64,000 bases of DNA, taken from the NCBI GenBank assembly GCA_025699005.1, contig JAILWI010000002.1, positions 25,403 through 89,402 of the forward strand, given 5' to 3'. Source of the DNA: Chloroflexota bacterium (GTDB lineage Bacteria; Chloroflexota; Limnocylindria; QHBO01). The translations under genes and the position numbers were made by a program. The notes beneath the pieces were generated by a model. That model had not been told where the DNA came from. It saw only the letters and a list, made by a program, of their open reading frames with translations, and did no database searches. Below, one piece after another: positions 57,782-64,000 of the stretch (the first letter of the stretch is position 1; every line of letters begins with the position of its first letter).

Positions 57782-59983
57782 TCAGTCGGCGGCGGGTCGC
57801 AGGATCAGGCCGCTGAGCGGCGGGAGCGAGAGGGTTCCGGAGGCCGGCTGGCCGTGCCACGACTCCTCGTGCGCCTCGATGCCGCCGAGGTTGCCGAGGT
57901 TCGACCCGCCGTAGTGCTCCGAGTCCGAGTTGATCGCCTCGACCCAGCGGCCGGCGCGGGGGAGACCCAGGCGGTAGTCGTGGCGGGGGATCGGGGTCAG
58001 GTTGAGAACCACGACCGCGAGGTCGTCGCCGGCGCGCCGAATCCAGGCGTAGACCGACGCCTCGACGTCGGAGGCGTCGATCCAGGCGAAGCCGTTTGGA
58101 TCGTGGTCGGCCGCCCAGAGGGCGGGCGTATCGGCATAGACGCGTCCGAGATCCTCCATGAAGCGCGCCATGCCGCCGTGCATCGGCTGATCCAGGAGCT
58201 CCCATGGCAGGGAGCCCTCGTGCGCCCATTCCGTCCAGGGCGCCATCTCGGCGCCCATGAACAGGAGCTTCTTGCCCGGCTGTCCCCACATGTCGACCAT
58301 GAGCGCGCGCAGGTTCGCGAAGCGCTGCCAGTCGTCGCCGGGCATCTTGCGAAGCAGCGAGCCCTTGCCGTGCACGACCTCGTCGTGGCTCAAGGGGAGG
58401 ACGAACTGCTCCGTGCCCTGGTAGAGCGCACGGAACGTCAGCTTGTCGTGGTGGAAACGCCGATGGACCGGGTCCTCCTTGAAGTAGGCGAGCGTGTCGT
58501 GCATCCAGCCCATGTCCCACTTGAAGCCGAAGCCGATGCCGCCGAGGTAGGTCGGGCGGGTGATGCCCGGAAAGGCGGTCGACTCCTCCGCGATCGTCAC
58601 GACGCCCGGGAAGCGGCCGTAGACGCGCTCGTTCATCTCTCGCAGGAACGTGATGGCCTCGAGGTTCTCGCGGCCGCCGTGGACGTTCGGCGTCCACTCG
58701 CCGGCCTTGCGCGAGTAGTCGAGGTAGAGCATCGAGGCCACTGCATCCACCCGCAGTCCGTCGATGTGATAGCGGTCAAGCCAGAACATCGCGTTCGACA
58801 CGAGGAAGTTGCGGACCTCGGCGCGGCCGAAGTCGAAGATCAGCGTGCCCCAGTCGGGATGCTCGCCGCGCTGCGGATCGGCGTGCTCGTACAGCGGCGT
58901 GCCATCGAAGCGGCGCAGGGCGAAGTCGTCCATCGGGAAGTGGGCGGGAACCCAGTCGACCAGGACGCCGATCCCGGCGTTGTGGAGGGTGTCGACCATG
59001 GCCGCGAAGTCGTCGGGTGAGCCGAAGCGGGCGGTCGGCGCGAAGTAGCCGGTGACCTGGTAGCCCCAGCTGCCGTCGAAGGGGTGCTCGGCAACGGGCA
59101 GCAGCTCGACATGGGTGAAGCCGAAGCGGCGGCAGTGCTCGACGAGCTTCTCCGCGGCCTGCCGGTAGCCGAGCCACGAGCCGTCCTCGTTGCGCATCCA
59201 GCTGCCCAGGTGGACCTCGTAGGCGGCCATCGGCGACCGGTACGGGTCGCGGGCGGCGCGCTCCCGCATCCAGTCGTCGTCGGTCCACGAGAAGGCGGTG
59301 GTGTCCCAGACCTTCGAGGCCGTCTCGGGGCGGACCTGCATCGCGAAGGCGAGCGGATCGGCCTTGAGGCGAAGGGTGCCGTCCTTCCCCAGGATCTCGT
59401 ACTTGTAGAGCTCGCCGGGGCCGATCTCGGGCACGAAGAGCTCCCACACGCCGCTCGCGCCCATCGAGCGCATCGGCATGAGCCGGCCGTCCCAGCGGTC
59501 GAAGTCGCCCACGATCCGCACGCTGCGCGCGTTCGGGGCCCACACGGCGAAGCTCACGCCGGCCACGCCCTGGTGGGTCCGCGGATGGGCGCCGAGCACG
59601 TCATACAGCCGCTCGTGCGTCCCCTCGCCGATCAGGTGGAGGTCGACCTCGCCGAGTGAGGGCCCGAAGCGATATGGGTCCTCGTGCTCCCAGCTGTTGC
59701 CGTCGGGAAAGGTGAAGCGCAGCCGGTAGGAGAACTGGCCCGGCGCCAGGTCATGGACGAGACCGGCCCACATGCCGTCGCCCAGCGGCTCCATCGGCGC
59801 GCGGCCACCGTTCGGCGCGACGAGCTCGGCGCCGCTGGCGTCCGGGTGGAAGGCGCGGACGACCGTGCCGCCCGGCGCCGGGTGCGCGCCGAGGATGGCG
59901 TGTGGGTCGTGGTGCTCGCCGCGAGCGAGTCGCGCGATCTCGTCGTGGGGTGGGGCCGTGGCGGTCGTCATGTCAGTAACCAT
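57782..59983 (-). CDS. glgB: 1,4-alpha-glucan branching enzyme
   Basis: 733 aa with HDPH..LGAHP...FAVWAPNA..V...GDFN.WDG...YE.H.GSW...WGYQ..GYFAPT.RFG.PDDF...DWVPAHFP...GLRVDAVASMLY. Confidence 0.95.
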   Translation of the reverse strand: MVTDMTTATAPPHDEIARLARGEHHDPHAILGAHPAPGGTVVRAFHPDASGAELVAPNGGRAPMEPLGDGMWAGLVHDLAPGQFSYRLRFTFPDGNSWEHEDPYRFGPSLGEVDLHLIGEGTHERLYDVLGAHPRTHQGVAGVSFAVWAPNARSVRIVGDFDRWDGRLMPMRSMGASGVWELFVPEIGPGELYKYEILGKDGTLRLKADPLAFAMQVRPETASKVWDTTAFSWTDDDWMRERAARDPYRSPMAAYEVHLGSWMRNEDGSWLGYRQAAEKLVEHCRRFGFTHVELLPVAEHPFDGSWGYQVTGYFAPTARFGSPDDFAAMVDTLHNAGIGVLVDWVPAHFPMDDFALRRFDGTPLYEHADPQRGEHPDWGTLIFDFGRAEVRNFLVSNAMFWLDRYHIDGLRVDAVASMLYLDYSRKAGEWTPNVHGGRENLEAITFLREMNERVYGRFPGVVTIAEESTAFPGITRPTYLGGIGFGFKWDMGWMHDTLAYFKEDPVHRRFHHDKLTFRALYQGTEQFVLPLSHDEVVHGKGSLLRKMPGDDWQRFANLRALMVDMWGQPGKKLLFMGAEMAPWTEWAHEGSLPWELLDQPMHGGMARFMEDLGRVYADTPALWAADHDPNGFAWIDASDVEASVYAWIRRAGDDLAVVVLNLTPIPRHDYRLGLPRAGRWVEAINSDSEHYGGSNLGNLGGIEAHEESWHGQPASGTLSLPPLSGLILRPAAD

Positions 59984-60023
59984 ACGCCCCTGTGCCCCGC
60001 AAGAGTCGTGCGAGGGCCGGCCG

Positions 60024-60899
60024 TCACCGCAGACGCGTGACCTCCAGCTCGATGGTGAGGCCTGCCGGCTCCCCCGGTTCGACGAGCCGCATGGCGTTCT
60101 TCTTTCCGCGCGCCAGTCGATCGAGCGCCCACGGCGCGTGCGTGACCGGCTCGACCGGTGTCGCGGGCGGCTCGTCGGGTGTCGCGACCGCGACGTGGAC
60201 GGGTGCCGCCCCCGGATCGATCGTCATCGTTGCGCCGAGCTCGTCCGCGGGCCAGCGCAAGGTCACGCGCCGAGGGTCGACGTCGAGCCAGGTCGCGTCG
60301 AGACCCCCGGGCGGCTCGCGGTCCGCGTCCAGCGCAAGATCCCCGGTCGGGTCGACCGGCTCCGCGGCCGGATCGTCGTTGCGCGGATGAACCTGCCGGG
60401 CGCCGGCGCCGACGTGAATCGGACGGCGAAACCACGGATGCAGGCCGATCCCGGCGGGCATCGGGCCGTCGGAGCGGTTGGTCACCGCGTACGCGAGCCG
60501 GACGCGCGGTCCCTCGACGGCGATCTCCGCCGTGACCTCGTAGGCCCACGGCCACCCGCCGCCCTCGTGACGGATGGCGAACGAGCCCGGCCCGCGCTGC
60601 TCCCATGGTGCGGCGTAGACCTGCCCGTGGATGGCGGTGCCGTCGGCGAAGTTGGCGGCGAGGTCGACCGTGCGCCCGGAGATCGTCATCGGCCGCGCGG
60701 TGGCACGGTTGGTCCACGGCGCCATCACGTAGGCGCCCCAGAAGAACGGGTCGTCGGCGTGCGTCGCGGGATCCTCCGGCGTCCGCAGGAGCTCCACCCC
60801 GAAGGCGCGAAGCCGATGGAGGCGACAGCCGAGGGACGGCAGCAGGCTCACCTCGAGCTCGTCGCTGGCCAGGCGCGCCTCCTCGATGACGTGCGGCAT
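60024..60899 (-). CDS. Aldose 1-epimerase family protein
   Basis: 291 aa with PWTNR......F...G......N......IHG....PW...; GLHPWF is typical of the galactose-mutarotase-like fold. It lies 3 nt downstream of the preceding gene. Confidence 0.7.
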   Translation of the reverse strand: MPHVIEEARLASDELEVSLLPSLGCRLHRLRAFGVELLRTPEDPATHADDPFFWGAYVMAPWTNRATARPMTISGRTVDLAANFADGTAIHGQVYAAPWEQRGPGSFAIRHEGGGWPWAYEVTAEIAVEGPRVRLAYAVTNRSDGPMPAGIGLHPWFRRPIHVGAGARQVHPRNDDPAAEPVDPTGDLALDADREPPGGLDATWLDVDPRRVTLRWPADELGATMTIDPGAAPVHVAVATPDEPPATPVEPVTHAPWALDRLARGKKNAMRLVEPGEPAGLTIELEVTRLR

Positions 60900-60902
60900 C
60901 GG

Positions 60903-62285
60903 TCAGCCGGCGACCGTCATCGCCATGTCCGGGCGGAGGAGGAACGGCGGCAGGTGAGCGGCCAGGTTCGAGAGCGGGAGCACGTCGGGGTGGAGCTCGA
61001 TCCCGAGCCGATCGGCCATGAACGCGCGCCGCCCTTCGATGCGTCTCCAGGCATCCGGGAAGCGGTCGGCGAACGCGGCGCGCAGCTCGGCATCGGCGAG
61101 GGCGATGCCATCCTCGATGTTCGTCGTGAAGTAGTCGGTCCCGGTCGCCGGGATGACGTCGACCTGGAAGCACATTCCCGACCGGAGCTCGATCGTCGAG
61201 CCCGGGCCGATCGGCGAGTTGACCCACTCGTCGAGATGGAGCTGGTGCCCCGGGTTGAGGAAGATCCCGAAGAACGGATCGCCGAGATGCCGCTGGATGA
61301 TGGCATCGAGCTCGCCGCCGGTGACGCCGATGCGGATCGTGGCGTACCACTCGGCGATCGCCGCGAAGTACGGCGCGACCAGCCGATCGACGTAGTCGCG
61401 GATGGGAGGTGCCAGCTCGTCGGCCGACTCGACGACGAAGCCGGCGCGGCAGCTCAGAGCGCCCCAGATCCCAAAGGCGACGGTGAAGCGGTCGCCGCGC
61501 TCGATCGGGCGGTCCCCCGGGCTGAGCAGCCCGAACGACGCGCGCGGGCCTGCGGTGAGCATCAGGTGGCAGGACAGCGGCCACCCGTTCCAGTCAAGGA
61601 GCCGGACGGCCTCGCGCTCCGTCATGCCCGGCCGGAGGCCGGCGAGCAGCCGGCGCACCCCCTGCGAGGTCTGGCAGCTCGCCCACTCGAAGGCCGCGAG
61701 CTGCTCCACCTCGTTGATCACGCGCAGCCCATCGCCGGCGTCGATGAGCAGCTCGGTGGCATTGGTCACCGACCCGTTCGGGCCGACACGCTGCCGCACG
61801 CCGTCCAGCAGGTACCCGGGAAGATCGCTCTGCTCCGGGGACCCGTAGGTCTTCCAGCCGATGACGCCGATGCGGGCGCCGGCCGTGACGCCTTCGTCGC
61901 CGAGGATCTCGGCCAGCGGACGCGATCGGTCGCGCGGCTGGGATGGGAGGCTGAAGTCCTGGAACATGTGCCGGCGCATCGGCAACGGCGCTGCGCCGGC
62001 GAGGCCGTAGCACTCGTTGCCCACCAGGACGGCCGGATCGCCTTCCGGCCCGAGCACGAGGAGGGCTTCCTCGAAGCGCGGGTCGAAGCCGGTGAGGTAC
62101 GACAGGTTGGCGCTGTGCTCGCGATCCGCGTACACCAGGACGCGCTCGAGGCCCGCCGCAGCGGCCCGCTCGCGCAGCCGGTGGAGCCGCTCCGCGTACA
62201 GCTGAGCGGGGATCTCGGGCATCGCGTCCGGCATGCCGAACTCTGGCAGCGCGATCTCCGTCAGACGAGGGGTCCGGAACGTCAC
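60903..62285 (-). CDS. M24/creatinase-fold (Xaa-Pro peptidase-like) protein, possibly non-catalytic
   Basis: N-terminal creatinase-like block LYAERLHRLRE....GLERVLVYADREHSANLSYLTG and a C-terminal pita-bread-like region. The GTG at 62285 overlaps the upstream stop (GTGA). Family assignment was made by eye only. Confidence 0.5.
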   Translation of the reverse strand: MTFRTPRLTEIALPEFGMPDAMPEIPAQLYAERLHRLRERAAAAGLERVLVYADREHSANLSYLTGFDPRFEEALLVLGPEGDPAVLVGNECYGLAGAAPLPMRRHMFQDFSLPSQPRDRSRPLAEILGDEGVTAGARIGVIGWKTYGSPEQSDLPGYLLDGVRQRVGPNGSVTNATELLIDAGDGLRVINEVEQLAAFEWASCQTSQGVRRLLAGLRPGMTEREAVRLLDWNGWPLSCHLMLTAGPRASFGLLSPGDRPIERGDRFTVAFGIWGALSCRAGFVVESADELAPPIRDYVDRLVAPYFAAIAEWYATIRIGVTGGELDAIIQRHLGDPFFGIFLNPGHQLHLDEWVNSPIGPGSTIELRSGMCFQVDVIPATGTDYFTTNIEDGIALADAELRAAFADRFPDAWRRIEGRRAFMADRLGIELHPDVLPLSNLAAHLPPFLLRPDMAMTVAG

Positions 62286-63943
62286 GGGGTCTCCCCGTTC
62301 CGCGGCGACCACTCCCGGGGTGCGCCGTCACGCTCGAGGATGGCGAAGACGTCGGCGTCGAGCATCTGCCACGGCCCCTGGGTGCCGTCGGGCCAGGTCA
62401 CGCGAACCTCGGCGCGCTCGGAACGGCCGAGGCCGAAGTGGATCCACCCCGACTGCCCGCTCAGGTGCCCGCCGCCGACGGTGAGCTCATGGTGCAGCGT
62501 CGTCTCTCCGAGCCGGATCTCGACCCATGCGCCGACGGCGTCGGGATTCGGCCCGGGCTGCGCGAGGCGCAATGCCAGCCAATGGCCCATCGGCCGCGGA
62601 TCGTCGACACTGCCGGCGCCGACGTTGCGCCACACGCCGACCGGCGCGCCAAGGTACACCTCGACGACGTCGGGGAGACCGTCGAGGTTGAGGTCGACGA
62701 CCGCCGCGCCCCGGCCGCGGTCGAAGCGGAGGATGCCGGCCTCCTCCGCGGCTTGGACGAAGGTGCCGTCGGCACGACCGAGAAACAGCTCGCTCGGATC
62801 CCGGGTCGCATGGCCGGCCTGCTCGCTCACGTTGCCCTTGGTGACGAGGAGGTCGACGAAGCCATCGTTGTTGACGTCCGCGAACTCCGGATGCCAGGCG
62901 GTCGACGGGAGCGTCTCACCGCCGGCGATCGGTTGGGCCGCGTTCACACCGGCGCTCACCGCGACGTCGCGGTACGTCGGCGCCGATGCGTCCGCGAGGA
63001 GCATCTGGAGCTTGTTGTCGCCCTGGCTGGTGAGATAGATCTCGGGATAGCCGTCACCGGTGAGGTCCCGGCTCGCGATCCCCATGCCCCAGATCTGCAT
63101 CCGGGCCCACCCATCATCTCCGTCGTAGAGCGCCGGCTCGGATCCGGCGCTCACCCGCCACAGCTGCTCCTGCCCACCCTCGTAGTACTGGCGGTCGTTG
63201 CTGACCCTCAGGTCGCGTCGCCCGGATCGGTCCCAGTCGCTGAACAGCATCGAGAGAGGACAGTACCCCGGCGCCAGGGGGATCGGCGCCCCGTAGCCGG
63301 CGTCGTCGTCCGCCGGTCGGAGCATCTGGTTGTCCGGGCAGGGGGGAAGCGGGGTGCCGATCGCATCGAGCGCGATGTAGTCCCCGATCGCGAGCGTCGG
63401 CATGCGGGCGTCGCCCTCCCACGTTGCGCTGAACGCCATCGTGCGGCCGGCGCCCCCGTCGAACGACCAGCGCTCGTTGGCACGCTCGAAGCCGCAGTCA
63501 CCGGTCCCGCGCAGGAGCACGTTCTCGCCGGCGCGCAGCACCGCAAGGTCGGTCAGGCCGTCGCCGTCGATGTCGAGGGGGTACGCGCCCGTGACGTCCG
63601 GCAGATCGGTCGCCGCGCCCGGGACCCTCGCGAAGGAGAGGGCGCCGGCGATGGGGCTCTCGTTGCGAAACAGGGCGGCAGGACCGGCGCCACCGGCGAG
63701 ATACAGGTCCGGCATGCCGTCCGCGTTGCAGTCGAGGACGGCCACGCCGCCGCCGACGAAGAAGCGGGAGTCCCCATCGTACGTGTGGTCCACGCCACTC
63801 GCCGCCGACTCGTCGACGAAGCGCGGTGCCGGCGCCGGCGCCGCGGGCGCGACCGTTCTCCCGTTGAACAAGGCCCAGGCGCTGCCGCCCAGGAGGACGG
63901 CCGCGGCGATTCCCCCGATGATGCGGACCCGGCGCCCGCTCAC
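62282..63943 (-). CDS. CRTAC1-family protein (FG-GAP/VCBS repeats + ASPIC/UnbV C-terminal domain), N-terminal TM anchor
   Basis: Repeated D.N.DG..DL motifs (DCNADGMPDLY, DIDGDGLTDL, DVNNDGFVDLL, DLNLDGLPDV). The C-terminus has GAWVEIRLGETTLHHELTVGGGHLSGQSGWIHFGLG (UnbV_ASPIC). Confidence 0.75.
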   Translation of the reverse strand: MSGRRVRIIGGIAAAVLLGGSAWALFNGRTVAPAAPAPAPRFVDESAASGVDHTYDGDSRFFVGGGVAVLDCNADGMPDLYLAGGAGPAALFRNESPIAGALSFARVPGAATDLPDVTGAYPLDIDGDGLTDLAVLRAGENVLLRGTGDCGFERANERWSFDGGAGRTMAFSATWEGDARMPTLAIGDYIALDAIGTPLPPCPDNQMLRPADDDAGYGAPIPLAPGYCPLSMLFSDWDRSGRRDLRVSNDRQYYEGGQEQLWRVSAGSEPALYDGDDGWARMQIWGMGIASRDLTGDGYPEIYLTSQGDNKLQMLLADASAPTYRDVAVSAGVNAAQPIAGGETLPSTAWHPEFADVNNDGFVDLLVTKGNVSEQAGHATRDPSELFLGRADGTFVQAAEEAGILRFDRGRGAAVVDLNLDGLPDVVEVYLGAPVGVWRNVGAGSVDDPRPMGHWLALRLAQPGPNPDAVGAWVEIRLGETTLHHELTVGGGHLSGQSGWIHFGLGRSERAEVRVTWPDGTQGPWQMLDADVFAILERDGAPREWSPRNGETP

Positions 63944-64000
63944 GGAGGCGCAATCCCGGCGAAGTGCCCGCTCGCCCGGGCCCAGGCCGCGATGCCGCAG

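Noticed and set aside
59772-63038. A 1088-aa ORF on the plus strand opposite glgB, the aldose epimerase, the M24-like gene and the CRTAC1-like gene.
   Set aside because: It is a shadow ORF. It crosses three independent minus-strand genes, each with family motifs and operon-style junctions. Its own sequence is Arg/Pro/Gly-rich and lacks motifs.

Overview
This is a very GC-rich, densely packed bacterial chromosomal segment. G+C was judged by eye and not computed. The gene content looks Actinobacteria- or Terrabacteria-like: UPF0182, the GlgE alpha-glucan pathway, an F420-type LLM oxidoreductase, and promoters that appear to drive leaderless transcripts. I support about 55 protein-coding genes, one gene interrupted by a stop codon, and a few terminators and operator-like palindromes. 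I recognised no rRNA, tRNA, CRISPR array, transposase or integrase.

Layout:
- (1) DUF1232-rplI-dnaB.
- (2) A zinc-ribbon protein and a CWB2-repeat VanY-type carboxypeptidase.
- (3) A dispersed purine supercluster from about 5.0 to 40.7 kb: purA, guaB3-like, guaA, purD, purE-purB-[membrane protein]-[MgtC]-purC-purS-purQ-[2 zinc-ribbon membrane proteins]-purL, then purF-purM-purN. Interspersed are an LLM oxidoreductase, a photolyase, DUF4397, a YcaQ/AlkZ-like protein, a SnoaL-like protein, an AAA+/DUF4143 ATPase, an HTH + Clp_N pair, a GyrI-like protein, UPF0182, an S8 protease, an EEP-family protein and an antisense GGDEF/HD-GYP gene.
- (4) A zinc-ribbon membrane protein, a CPBP protease, RadC and a PQQ sugar dehydrogenase.
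- (5) A complete trehalose/alpha-glucan block: glgE-treS-mak-glgX-treY-treZ-malQ with a convergent glgB.
- (6) A minus-strand CRTAC1-like / M24-like / aldose-epimerase operon.

I did not find a convincing, clearly new multi-gene system. The best candidates for a second look are:
- Four membrane or zinc-ribbon genes embedded with near-zero spacing inside the purE...purL operon.
- The AAA+/nuclease-like ATPase - HTH - stand-alone Clp_N locus, with its AT-rich operator-like repeats.
- An in-frame amber codon in an otherwise intact PEP-mutase/isocitrate-lyase family gene.
- A perfect TTTCGTACGAAA palindrome upstream of purD, with a half-site upstream of the guaB3-like gene.
- Several apparently leaderless promoters.

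The many long ORFs antisense to real genes are GC-driven shadow ORFs.
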